DNA of 64,000 bases from positions 60,884,001-60,948,000 of the forward strand of contig NC_043003.1 in the NCBI RefSeq assembly GCF_006345805.1. Direction: 5' to 3'. This DNA is from Octopus sinensis (taxonomy: Eukaryota). The notes under the pieces are model-generated. The model did no database searches. It was not told where the DNA came from and saw only the letters and a program-made list of their open reading frames with translations. The position numbers were made by a program, and so were the translations under genes. Of the stretch, positions 1 to 12,627 are shown one piece after another. Position 1 is the first letter of the stretch, and every line of letters begins with the position of its first letter.

Positions 1-1720
1 AAGTGTTTAAACATTGCGGAAGGAAAGTAGATAGAAAGAAATAGAGATGGAGCGATAACAAATTGATATACTGGCTCACTGGGAAATCGGACATGGATCG
101 ATGAATATATAAAATTTAATACGACGGGAAGTAATATATTTTTGATCTCTGTAAGAGAATGTAATATTGGGTGTGATAGTGTCGGTTTGACTCGGAAGAA
201 AAAAGAAAAAACTTATTATCTAAATGAAACCATTTAGCTAATGGTAGAATGCTTTTAGTGAAAGTTGTAGCTCAGCAAAGCAACATCATCTATATTATTG
301 TTTGTTACGCATCAATAAATAATGCAAGTTTTAAAGAGAAAGATTCTTTCGACCAATTATTGCAAGGTAGAGCTGATAGTATACCAGCAAGTGATATGGA
401 AATTGTGATTTAAATATGAAAGTTGGGAGTAGCAACGAGGTTATGGAACAAACAGCATAGGTTTGGTGATGTTAGTGAATATGGTGTAAGATTGACCAGC
501 TTATATACAACCAGCAATCATATCATAGGACGTAATCTCCTTAAAATCAAGGATATTCATAAATGCATTTGAAGAAGTCCTGGTAAAAACATCGTTATCC
601 AGAGATCATATTTGGTAAATCGATAACGTAAGAAACCAGAGATCTGAGAATATATCGAAGTACTGATATAGGAAGTATTTATCGATTAACAACAGGTATA
701 GTTCAGTTAAAGCTGAAGATTTCAGAAAAAAAAAGGTGGGACTGCAGGTTTGATACCGAAAAACTGAAGGATGTTCGAATAATTGAATGCTGAAGTTGGT
801 TTTAATGCCTGAAGTTTTGACCGAAAATGCTATAGAAATCAATGGCGCGTAGAGGAATGTAAGGAAGTATACCATAACGTAAGCAAAAGTGTTCTGGGTA
901 GAAGAAAGACAGCATGAAGAAAATGAATTACGAATGAAACATGGTAATTCACTGAGGTACGAAAAGAGCAAAACTATTTGAAATTGGGAGAGGAAAAAGA
1001 TAAATCTTAAAGTGGAAATAGCTAGATATTGGTGTCGCAAAAGAGATGAAGCGGTGTTCGAGAAGGGATAAAAGAAGATACTTGGGAGTGAAAGATGGCT
1101 GGAAGGAAAAGTTGGTGAAGCAGTTAAGTTATATAATGCAGAAGACAGTAGAGAAATCAGAAATCTGATGAAATTATAAATAAGATTACAAAACAAAGAG
1201 AGGAAATAAAACTGTGTTTAGTATTGCCGAAGAGGTGATAGAAATCTAATATAAACTCTTAAGAAAGGAAGAACATGTTAAATGCAATCTTGAGCAAGGT
1301 AGTAAATAAGAAAAATGCTCTGATAACTTCTGAACCAGATGGGATGGAAGTAGATGGACATAAAATATTTGTTGAGGAAATAACAAGAGACATCGGGCAA
1401 TTATAAAGCGAAAAGGATTGGGATGGAATTTCAGGAAAAATGCTAAAAACTGATAAACACGTAATAGAAAGAGCGATACTGAAGTTGTTTCATAATATAT
1501 GAAAGATTGAAGAGATACCTGATGATTGGAAGGCCGGTGCAGTGAAGAAGATAGCAGTAAAGAGTAACCTCAGAGTGTGTGATAATTGGAAGTTTATACC
1601 ACAGAGTAGTATATCACAGGAGTTTTTCAGTTGTGTAATCCGGAATAGGATACAAATTGCATTGGAATGAATACTAAGAGGTGACCAAGCAGCGGCTGCG
1701 AGGTTGCAGTAACCAAATGT
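1..1720 (+). mobile_element. Decayed RTE-clade LINE (end of endonuclease, linker and start of RT)
   Basis: Broken reading 'LFHNIWK.EEIPDDWK....K..VKSNLRVCDNW....' then 'ILRGDQAA' matches RTE 'IWEEE.IP.DWK.G....IPKKGDLS.C.NYR...LR..QAGFR'; many stops and frameshifts. Confidence 0.8.
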
Positions 1721-2494
1721 TTGCTCAGGCTCATTGTAAAACATGTTGAATTCAGATAGCCAGTAATAGTGATTATGTTAATATCTTCGCTAAGGGCATC
1801 TTTATTAATATCTTCCTCCTCTCTCATCTCGTTATCAAAATATTCAACAATACTGAGTCATCTAACACAAACACTTCAATAACAGCACCTCTGCTATTTC
1901 ATTTCGTTATTCTTCTCAGTACTAATCTATCTGTTGTATCTATCCATTTATCTATTTTATTCTATCTATCAATTCTATCTATCCATTTATCTATCTATCT
2001 GTTTGTCTATCTTTCTATCCATTTATTCATTTATCTATCCATCCATCTATCTACGCACACATACACACCCACACATGCACACATATACACACATACGCAC
2101 GAATGTACAAAGATATCCACATGCACATATATTAATTAAAATACAAGCTGATAATGGTCATATAGAGCCATATTGTTCACCTTTTCATAGTGAAGCTCAT
2201 TGTTTATACAGCAATATAAAACAACTTCATGTTAAGTAAACACATCTCGTATGAATATAGGTTTCCCTTACATGCATACGGCTGCTTCTTCGTGGTCGCA
2301 CGACCTGCTAGAAATGCCCGTTAAATCACCTTTCCGCTTCAAAAAATACATTGGGTTGTTAAAGATAGACAATAACCGAAAAACAAAACAAGATGGGATC
2401 GTCACGACTGGAGTGTCTTTCGAACATAGATCTGTTTGATTAGGGCTCATCTGGGATACAACAACAACAGCACCAATACATTAATATATTCTTC

Positions 2495-3300
2495 TCATTA
2501 TAGATACGAGGCTTGGAATTCTGGGGAGGTGGGTTAGTCGAATTAATTGACCCCAGCGACCCACTGGTACATCTTTCATCAACCTCGAAAGTCAGAGTTG
2601 ATTCCAGCAGAATTTCAACTCAGAACGTAAAGAACCGGAAGAAATGCTAAGAAGCATTTTATCCGGTGTGTAGACGATTCGTATTTCTTTATTGCCCACA
2701 AGGGGCTAAACATAGAGGGGACAAACAAGGACAGACAAAGGGATTATGTCGATTACATCGACCCCAGCGCGTAACTGGTACTTAATTTATTGACCCCGAA
2801 AGGATGAAAGACAAAGTCGACTTCGGCGGAATTTGAACTCTGAACGTAACGGCAGTCGAAATACCTATTTCATTACTACCCACAAGGGGCTAAATACAGA
2901 TGGGACAAACAAGGACAGACAAACGTATTCAGTCGATTACATCGACCCCAGTGCGTAACTGGTACTCATTTAATCGACCCCGAAAGGATGAAAGGCAAAG
3001 TCGACCTCGACGGAATTTGAACTCAGAACGTAGTAGCAGACGAAATACCGCTAAGCATTTCGCTCAGCGTGCTAACGTTTCTTATTTCTTTATTGCCCAC
3101 AAGTGGCTAAACATAGAGGGGACAAACAAGGACAGACAAAAGGATTAAGTCGATTAGATCGACCCCAGTGCGTAAGTAGTACTTAATTTATCGACCCCGA
3201 AAGGATGAAAGAGAAAGTCGACCTCAGCGGAATTTGAACGCAGAACGTAGTGGCAGACGAAATACGGCGTGCAAACGTTTCTGCCAGTTCGCCGCCTTTA
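2495..3300 (-). mobile_element. Head-to-tail array of tRNA-derived SINE family A (about 4-5 units)
   Basis: Repeated core gtcgactttgcctttcatcctttcggggtcgataaattaagtaccag (recalled as similar to the Meta/MESC SINE domain), B-box-like gagttcaaat and head aggcggcgagctggcag. Confidence 0.9.
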
Positions 3301-3984
3301 ATCATGTTGACGATTCTACCGGCTCGCTGCCTTACACAATTTAATATAAATGTTCCATTATATAACGATGTACGAAGAAAGCTCATGATGCGTTTTTAAA
3401 AGTGCATTCTTCACGGTATCAACATTTTTATAATGTGTTGTTCGATCTATTACTTACCCTTTCATAGGAAAACCATCAGAAGAAAAAGTCGCCTAAAAAT
3501 ATAGATATTTTCTAAAACATAACTTTTAAAAACCTGTCGATTTATATCCCAAGACAATAGAAAAATTCAAATTTATTAATTTTAGTTAACGAATTTTTAG
3601 AGAAAAGTTTTGAAATCACCTATCATTTATCGATTTATTTCGGATATAACATACTTCTCTCCATATAACACACTCGTTGTAACAATTTTTTTTCTCCCCC
3701 TATTATTTTTATGTTAATGTTATACAAAAAATCAGATTTATGTTGTCATAAAATCGAGCATATTAGTTTTATGTGACATCATGACCGAGAAGAGCTCAGT
3801 TGATACGAAAATAGCTATAAAATGGCTACTGTACTCTTGCTTTCTGTTTACCTTCAGCTATATCTCAGGCACTAATTATATTTATACTGTATTGACGGTA
3901 CAGAAGGTTCAAATATTATCACTGCCAACATCTTAAGAAAGACATTTTATTTTGAAATATTCTTTAGCTGAAGAATGCTGAGGA

Positions 3985-4520
3985 ATACAGGATTAATAAA
4001 AGAGGCCGAATGAATGCAGTCTTCAATTCGATTTTCGTGCCTATCCTCATCTATGGTCATGAACGTTGGGTAATGTCTGAAAGAGTACGATCCCGAAAAC
4101 AAGCGGCCAATACGGGATTCCACTGAATGATCTCTGGACTAACGTTACTCAGAAGGGTGCGTAGCTCGGAGATCGGGAAATCGCACCCGGTTGAGTCGCT
4201 ACTTCTCGGCATTAAGAGGGCACAACTCTGGTACTATAGACGTGATTAGAAGGCCGCAGTGAAAAGTTGCCAGAAGGATTATTGAAGCCGAGCCAAATAG
4301 CGGGAGACCAAGAACGAGATGATTAGATAACATCCATAGTCTCAGTTAACCAAGCTTGGAAATCCTGAAGGAAAGTGTAAAGAAGGTTTCTTCTGATAAA
4401 ACCCTATGGAGGAGATGCCTGAAGATTCTACCTCAATGACTCTCCGAGGAATAGTGAGCTGAGAAAATTTATAGATGGATGGATTCGGTGCTGGCGTCCA
4501 CACGGCCAGCAGTTATGTGG
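3985..4520 (+). mobile_element. RTE-clade LINE 3' fragment
   Basis: 'VFNSIFVPILIYGHERWVMSERVRSRKQAA..G....ISGLTLL.RVRSSEI' matches the RTE C-terminal consensus. Confidence 0.8.
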
Positions 4521-5029
4521 AGAGGGAGAACGATGATCACACCGACACCAGTACTCTAACAATGGATGGATTGTTTGTAAATGCATTCAAATAATTTTCA
4601 CTTGCTAGCTTTTACTCTTATAGCTATCATATATGCATGTTTGAATGATGAAATGAGAGCCAACCAGTTATTTAAGTTGATACTTCTCGACCCGTTAGAC
4701 ATTTTTATCGTGCATTAATGTAAGAAGCTATATTTCTTAATATATTCTTCGGCAAATACGCACATATACGCATCTAGCTACATATACAACAGCATATATA
4801 TAAAAGATTAATACATACGAGCCGTCCAAAAAATTCTACACGGAGACTCGGTCTGCAACAAATGACAATTACATTATTATCATATCCCACGCAACTGTCT
4901 TAAAAAATACGAAGGCACATACAACAGGCAGACGATGCATCTCCAGTAAAAAGTAAGCGGGGTTGGAATCTCTTTCATCATAAATCTACTTTGAATGAAA
5001 ACGGCTCTATATCTAAACAACAATAAAAG

Positions 5030-5079
<50 letters not shown>

Positions 5080-5206
5080 TGCGTACATGTATATATATGT
5101 CTGAGGAATCAGCTTCTAATCAGCGATTTCGCAGAAATAGTTTTAATTAAATCCGAAGCATTTATCGGTTCCCAAACATTATTTTAAGCTTTAATGTTGT
5201 CTGTAG

Positions 5207-5213
5207 GCTATGG
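5207..5213 (+). CDS. Possible 7-nt microexon GCTATGG (or 25-nt exon from 5189) of the plus-strand gene
   Basis: ttgtctgtag|GCTATGG|gtaagt; keeps frame A open (..YG|IKEIF..). Confidence 0.3.
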
Positions 5214-5311
5214 GTAAGTTTTCTGACATTGGTAGCTTCGATTTATCAAAGTCATGAAGGGCGCTACATGATGTAAGCAAACCATTCTCAGTTAATTGAC
5301 ATTTGCCTTTA

Positions 5312-5900
5312 GGTGCAGGCGTGGCTCGGTGGTAAGAAGCTTGCTTCCCAACCACATGGTTCCGGGTTCAGTCCTATTGCATGGCACCTCGGACAAGTGT
5401 CTTCTACTATAGCCTCAGGCCGACTAAACCCTTGTGAGTGGATTTAGTAGACGGAAAAAGAAAGAAACTCGTTATATATATATACAACGAGCTTCTTATA
5501 TATCAAATTAACTGAATGTGATAAAAATCCAAGGCTGTGAAAAATTTCAGAACATTTATAAAGAGAAGTTCTTACAGCTGTTTCCGGGATATTTTATATA
5601 TCTCTTCATCGAAGACGGTGCGAGAAAATGGTTAAGCAATAGTTATTCTAGAGAAGATATAAAATAGAGAGCATATATATTTATGTGTGTGTGTGTCCGT
5701 GTTTGTCTCTCGACCATCACTTGACAGCTGATTTTGGTGTGTTTATGTCCCCGAAACTTACCGGTTTGGCAAACGAGGCCGATAGAATAAGTACTAGGCT
5801 TACAGAGAATAAATGTGTTGATTTCTTCGACTAAAGGCGGTGCTCTAGTATGGCCGCAGTCAAATGACTGAAACGTGAAAAAGAGTAAAAGAGTAAAGAG
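5312..5900 (+). mobile_element. tRNA-derived SINE family B with an internal microsatellite; this copy is split by a Penelope-type fragment at about 5490-5640
   Basis: Head gcaggcgtggct..ggtaagaagcttgcttcccaaccacatggttccgggttcagtcc; tail ggcggtgctccagcatggccgcagtcaaatgactgaaac. Confidence 0.85.
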
Positions 5901-6260
5901 TGAGAAAAATATATTGAGAATGACTGAAACATCAAGGAAAATAATGTAAAAATAAAAATATAAATTAAGAATTAATTTCACAAAATTTTTATTAAGATGT
6001 ATTTTGTATTTATTCAAATAAACTCAAATAAATTAAAATTCTGTTGAAACTATAATTAATTAGCAAATAAAATATTCCACATTTGATTAGATCGACACTA
6101 GTAAGCAACTGGTACTTTTTATCAAACTCGAAAGAATTTGGAATTAATTTCACAAAATTTTTGTTGAGATGTGCTTTGTATTTATTCAAATAAACTCAAA
6201 TAAATTAAGATTCTGCTGAAACTATAATTAATTAACAAATAACATATTCCTCTTTTGCAG

Positions 6261-6318
6261 TATCAAAGAAATTTTCCACGAACGTGCGTGGTTGGCATCA
6301 AATATGTTTGCTGTGAAG
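6261..6318 (+). CDS. Internal exon of an unidentified plus-strand gene (frame A: IKEIFHERAWLASNMFAVK; frame B: YQRNFPRTCVVGIKYVCCE)
   Basis: Strong acceptor tattcctcttttgcag, donor AAG|gtagga; 58 nt of non-repetitive, more GC-rich sequence between repeats. Confidence 0.6.
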
Positions 6319-6603
6319 GTAGGAGAAATATCTTTTACTTGTTTCTGTTATTAGACCGCAACCATGCTAGAGCATCGGTTTGAGGAATTTTAGTTGAAGG
6401 AATGAACCACAGTACTATTTTTATGCCCGTTATTTATTCTATCCGTCTCTTTTGCCGAACCGCCAGGTTACGGTGACGTTAACACACCAACAAGTGTGGG
6501 CACAAACACAGACACAAACGCACACACATTCACAAACGTGAATACATAGATACACTCACAAACACACACACACACACGCGCGCGCGCGCATACACACACA
6601 CAG

Positions 6604-6653
<50 letters not shown>

Positions 6654-7199
6654 GCTTGCTCGTGAGATTAACGTGCAAGTGGCTGAGCACTCCACAGACA
6701 CGCGAACCCCTTCACATACTTCTCAGGGAGATTCAGCGTGACACAGAGTGTGACAAGGCTGATCCCTTTAAATACAGATACCACTCATTTTTGCCAGCTA
6801 GTGAACTCGAGCAATGTGAGATAAAGTGTCTCGCTCAAGGACACAACGCGCTGACGTGAATCGAACTCGCGAGCCGAACACACTCACCAGGCTTGGTTGT
6901 ATGGTAAGAAATTTACTTTCAAACCACATAGTTTCAACTTCAGTCCACTGCCTGGCACTCTGGGTTGGTCACTTTTTCTATAGCCTCCGGCCGACCAAGT
7001 CCTGTGAGTGGTTTTGGTACACGGAAATTGAAAGAAGCCCGAAATCATGTAGGTACAATGCTAGCTTCATAGCCAGTCACGCTTGCGTCTATCATTTTTA
7101 TTTAATGCTTGATTCATCAGCCTAAAAATTAGTATTAAGTACGCAGTAATTGTCTTCGAAATATGTCTGTCTCTCTGTTTTTTTTTGTCTTCATGTCTT

Positions 7200-7271
7200 T
7201 TTCTCTGACTCTCTCTCTCTGTCTCTCACCCCTCCTCTGTCTCTCACACCTCTTCTCTCTCATCCCCCTAT

Positions 7272-7305
<34 letters not shown>

Positions 7306-7320
7306 CTCTCTCTCTCTCTC

Positions 7321-7355
<35 letters not shown>

Positions 7356-7435
7356 GTAAATATAGTTATATGTGTGTGTGTGAGAGATAGATAGATATAG
7401 AGATATATAGATAGATAGATAGATAGATACGGAGA
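7200..7435. repeat. (CT)n plus (GATA)n microsatellite; (ATCT)n at 1920-2050; (AAT)n at 24090-24185, 28950-29070, 29550-29710 and 59280-59360
   Basis: Direct reading. Confidence 0.95.
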
Positions 7436-7439
7436 GACA

Positions 7440-7640
7440 CATGGCCCGAAATTCTGGGGGAGGGCGCCAGCCGATTAGATCGACCCCAGTACGCAACTGG
7501 TACTTAATTAATCGACCCCGAAAGGATGAAAGGCAAAGTCGACCTCGGCGGAATTTGAACTCCGAACGTAAAGACAGACGAAATACTGCCAAGCATTTCG
7601 CCCGGTTGCATGCTAACGTTTCTGGCAGCTCGCCGCCTTA
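7440..7640 (-). mobile_element. SINE family A, single copy (further copies at about 17385-17530, 20600-21120, 41120-41310, 43420-43590, 46170-46340, 59360-59800 and 62680-62832)
   Basis: Family A core and head. Confidence 0.85.
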
Positions 7641-9949
7641 AAGAGATAGAGCGTATTAATTGATTCGAAGATTCCTTCAATATCTGTACATTTTGTTCCT
7701 CAGTAATGACAGTCTTTGTGGTGTGTAATATATTTCCGATTGTTAATCAACCCCAAGTCAAGCCTTTTATTAATTATTTTTTTTTTAGTTCTGAAGCATA
7801 CTTATTTTTAAGACCAAATTATCTTATGTGACATTTCATTTTTAAGGCGCTTGTGTGTTGCTTGAAGATTTCTTTGCAACACTTTCCCTAACGTCGAACG
7901 GCCATCTTTTCCAAGAAAGAATATTATCGTAACTCTTGCTTTTATGGTTTTGTTGCGATAATTGCTTTTTCTATCGTTATTTTCTGTTGACGGTAACATA
8001 ATTTCCCCCCTTGTTATAGTGTTCCAATTGATGTTTCCATTCTTTAAGCTTCAATTTAATTGAGTATGAACAATGAGTCGATATGCAAAAATATCATCGA
8101 AATTTCTAACTTTATATTAGCACGAAATATGATGTTAACCTTTCCTTTCATCTTAATCATGTATTAGCGTGGTATATGCTATTAAACAAAACAGCTTTGA
8201 AAATTTCCGGCCTTAATTCAAAGTATAATCAGCTATATTCATAATCATAGAAGATATCTCAGCATTTTGGTTCTGTTGTTTTGATTCGGATTTCTTGCTA
8301 GCATCTTATTTGAGCCTTTCCCCGTGATAAGTATGGCTGTATAGTTAAGAATCTCACTTTAAAACCTTGCGATTCCGGGTTCAGTCCCACTGCCTAGTAC
8401 CTTGGGCACGTGTCTTCTACTATATTCCTGGCCCCAGCAAGTGGATGTGGTAAACGGAAACTGTATGGAAAGCCCTTTATATATAAATGTGTGTGCGCGT
8501 GTGTTTTTGCTAGTTTACGTCCCCATAATTTAGCGATTCAGCAAAAGACCGCGATAGAATAAGTACCACACCTGAAATAAATATTAGAGCCGATTTGTTC
8601 GACTAAGACCTTGAAACCAGAAACCTAGTATCGCTACTATCCAATGATGGAAACACGTAAAAGATGAATAATAAAAAACAATTCTTACTGTACGATATAC
8701 ATAAAACATAATTTATATATGTGTGTACTTGCGCGCGTGCGTGTGTGTGTGTATTTGTACCTGTTCTACTTTTGTCTAGACATTACGTGGTGATTGTAAA
8801 TGAGTATCATTGTCATACAGGTGAGGTTGTTTGTTTCCAGTCTTTCATGAAAATAACTGTTCAGCAATAGGCAAACATTATTTGTTTGGGAAGAGGTGAG
8901 AGTTGGTGATAGGAAGCGCATCCGGCTATAGAAAAGCTCCAAATGCAAGGATGGAAAAGTGGATGTGAAATGGTGATAGTTGTAGACGTGGGACCCAATT
9001 TCAGCGATACTTTGGCCATTACAGACTGAAATGAATTGTTGATAACAATATATCTTTCTGGACTCTATATTTTCTTCCTTGCATGAAAAATAAAACACCA
9101 TCTTTATATGTGGTTTTATTCAGTGGCATCGCCTTACATTTCTTAATTCCTCCCTCACTGCATGCTTAAAAGCCTTTCAAAATTTTACCTCAATCATGGC
9201 CGTGTCGTTAAGAAGCTCGCTTTGCAACCACGTAGTTTTGAGTTCAATCCCACTGCATGGAACCTTGTGTAAGTGTCTTTCATTATAATCCCAGGCCGAC
9301 TAATGCCTTATAAGTGAATTTGAGAGATGGAAACTGTGTGGAAGCTATCATATGTATGTACATGTGGTATGTATTTTTGTGGTTGTGTATATCCCACGCA
9401 CTGCTTGACAACCGGTGTTGGTTTCTTTGCATTCCTGTATCTTAGCGGTTTTGGCAAAAGTGATTAATAGAATAAGTATCAAACTTTAAAATATATGTAC
9501 TAGGGTCAATTTGCTCGATTAAACTCATCATGGCGGAGTCCTAGCATGGCCGCAGTTCACTAACTGAAACAAGTTAAATATAGAATATATATATTATTGA
9601 CCATATATACCTAACGTATAACACAAGTGTATTAGACGGTAGGCTGCGACATGGCGCGGTCGAGATTACTCGAAACCCGGGTGTTAAAACACCCTGAAAG
9701 TTATGGAGAGGTGAGATAACTTACTGCAAATCTCATCGAGAAGTGATGGACATCGATGTTCCGCCATTTTTGTGGATTATCAACATCACCTATCCGAACT
9801 GAATTGGACATGAATCATAACGCCATTTCACGATTTTTATCTATATAATGTGAAAGCTATGTACTGGTATGCTCGGGCGATGCATACGTAAGAATGAGTT
9901 CAAATATGAAACAGAAGTAGCACTAGTGTAATACAGATTGTCGACTACC

Positions 9950-10148
9950 CTTTTACTCTTTTACACGTTTCAGTCATTTGACTGCGACCATGCTGGAGCA
10001 CCGCCTCTAGTCGAACAAATCGGCCCTACGACTTATTCTTTGTAAGTCTAGTACTTATTCTATCGGTATCTTTTGCCGAACCACTAAGTTACGGGGACGT
10101 AAACACACCACCATCGGTTGTCAAGCGATGCTGGGGGGACAAACACAA

Positions 10149-10219
<71 letters not shown>

Positions 10220-10365
10220 TATGACGGGCTTCTTTCAGTTTCCGTCTACCAAATCCACTCACAAGCAGAAGGTACTTGCTCAAGGCGCTACGCAGTGGAA
10301 TCGAACCCAGAACCATGTGCTTGGTAAGCAAGCTACTTACCACTTAGACACTCCTACGCCTACAT
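9950..10365 (-). mobile_element. SINE family B, full copy (others at about 6330-6560, 6880-7040, 8330-8670, 9195-9580, 19622-20000, 43600-43880, 55705-56110 and 61560-61790)
   Basis: Full head-to-tail match with an internal (TA)n/(CA)n tract. Confidence 0.9.
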
Positions 10366-10545
10366 ATACTTAACGGATAATCTGAGCGTGTTTGCTTGGA
10401 GGCTGTGAAATAGCGTAGTCGAGAATACTCTCTCAAAGCACCGGGTGTTAAAACACCCGAAAGTCTTAGACAGGTGAGATTACTCACCCTATATTTGATT
10501 CATTATTTTTGCAGAAACTTATGTTCATTTGGTTTTCTTTTCCAG

Positions 10546-10650
10546 GTGAAAATCATTGCTGAAACTAAAGGACCAAGTCATACAAAAGAGCTGAAGGATT
10601 TACTTGCCCTTTACTACGATGAAGTTTTTTGGGGAAATAATGTTCACTAG
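10546..10650 (+). CDS. Probable terminal coding exon of the same gene (VKIIAETKGPSHTKELKDLLALYYDEVFWGNNVH*)
   Basis: Strong acceptor tttggttttcttttccag; 34 sense codons then TAG, in phase with frame A of 6261-6318; AATAAA at about 10717. Confidence 0.6.
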   Translation: MKIIAETKGPSHTKELKDLLALYYDEVFWGNNVH

Positions 10651-11086
10651 AAAGGGAAAAGGGAAATTTTATCAGTTCTTCTTTAATCGAACCATTATAG
10701 AGATAAACTCACAATTAAAATAAAAAAATTAAATTGAAGCTTTTTTACTTTCAAAGTAAAAAAATTTCACCGGAAGATAAGTTTACAAAGAAAATACCTA
10801 TCAATAACTCTCTGGAAATCCCTTTTTTAACATTATAGGTACATGAACTCACACAACCATACAAACACTCATTCACACACACACACATACATATTGTACA
10901 TTTATATATATATGTGTGTGTGTATATTTATCTATATGTGAATATTTATAAGTATATAGATGTGTGTGCATGTATTTATATATATGTGAATATTATTGCA
11001 TGTATGTATATGTACGAGCGTGTATATAGTGTGTGTATATATATGTGTGTGCGTGTATATATATATATATATATATATACATGCAT

Positions 11087-11133
<47 letters not shown>

Positions 11134-11242
11134 AGGTAGCAAATTTTGCTAAAGTAGTCGTTTTGACTGCTTCCTAGCGTGTAGAAATTGCCTGATATAG
11201 GTAATCCCTCTTTGTGGTTTAAATGTACACTATTTTATATAT

Positions 11243-11291
<49 letters not shown>

Positions 11292-12120
11292 TACACACAC
11301 ATATACGTATGCACATTGTAGCATTGGAAGTGTATAAGCAAAAACAATTACTAATTCTTCCAAATATGATAATTTCAGAACGTACAGTTTGTTATCTTGT
11401 AAACTAATTTTCTACTGTATCATGGGAGCCGAAAAAATCCAGGTCACATGGTTCGGTATTTCTATCATGTACACTAATTCAATTATTAGTTAACATAGTA
11501 AATATTGTCTAAAAGGATTATTGCGAGCGTCTGAAAATCTAACTTCTTCAATATTGTGGCTTGGTGATCATTATCTCAGTCTAAAGTAAATGATTATTTA
11601 CATTTCAACAACATTATATTGTGTGTTTTATCAACAACCATTCGGAGGAGGGGTTGAGGAGTGGTGAAGGAAGGTATTTGAGTGTATGGCGGCGAATGTA
11701 TGTGTTTGTCTGTAGCACATAAGAAATAAAACAATTATTTACACTTACAGTATTGTGTTTGTAGTATTTCTGATAAAACATTAATTAATAACAGGATCGA
11801 TAATTACTAAATTATTGAATTCAATAAATATTGGTTCTGAAAGGAAAAAAAAAATAAATGAAATATAAATTGTCGCTTATTTTTGTTGAAAAGTCGAATT
11901 CCATTTCAATTTTCGTTTATTTCGATTATGAACCTCCGACAGAATAGAGGTATAGTTTTTGAAACGCGCCTTATTCTGAGTATTAAATCAAGGAAATTCG
12001 ATTGTGTATTTCTATTCATTTCTTGCACTTTGTTCTACTTTAAAGAAAACATTAAGATTTATTGTGAATTCTCAACGAAATGGCATGGTTAAAGCTTTGA
12101 GTAAATCAAACGTTATATTA

Positions 12121-12627
12121 CATGGGTAAATGCGAGCATGAAAATTAATATTCTTAAGATTATAAACCTGGAAAAGTACAGGACAAATTATTACACATGT
12201 AAAAGTATAGGACAAGCTATTATTTCTAGTAAAGTAAAGAATAAGGAACTTTTTACTTATTTTATTGCAGTAAAGAATGCCAGTTCTTCAAATTTATCAC
12301 TCTTTACAGTTCTCATCTTTCAAATTTATTATACAAAACTGTTCAGCTAATCTTTTAGTTTGTCTAATTAGTCACTTTTTCTGTATTTAAGGTAGTCAAT
12401 TAGCCAAATTCTACTTAAATAAGTATAGTGTTATTTGTAAACTATAATTTAAAATAAGTTTTAATATTCAAACTTTAATTTTAGCTGCAATATTTTAAGT
12501 AAAAAGTTTCTTATTCTTTACTAGAAGCAATGCCTTGTCCTATACTTTTACAGGTGTAATAATTTTCCTGTACTTTTCCAGGTTTATAATCTTAAGAATG
12601 TTACTTTTCATGTTCGCATTTTCCATG
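12121..12627. mobile_element. Foldback/MITE element with about 150-bp terminal inverted repeats
   Basis: Left arm catgggtaaatgcgagcatgaaaattaatattcttaagattataaacctggaaaagtacagg... is the reverse complement of 12480-12627. Confidence 0.85.

Noticed and set aside
606-1196. 196-aa minus-strand ORF, the longest non-microsatellite ORF in the track
   Set aside because: Antisense shadow of the purine-rich decayed RTE LINE; F/L/S-rich with no motif.
2680-3300. Regularly spaced repeats resembling a CRISPR array
   Set aside because: Units are about 200-bp SINEs with A/B-box-like heads, there are no unique spacers or cas genes, and the context is eukaryotic.
8775-8828. Exon-like tag|ACATTACG...ACAG|gtgagg
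   Set aside because: Lies in what I recognise as a diverged SINE (about 8780-8990, containing ggaagcgcatccggctatagaaa).
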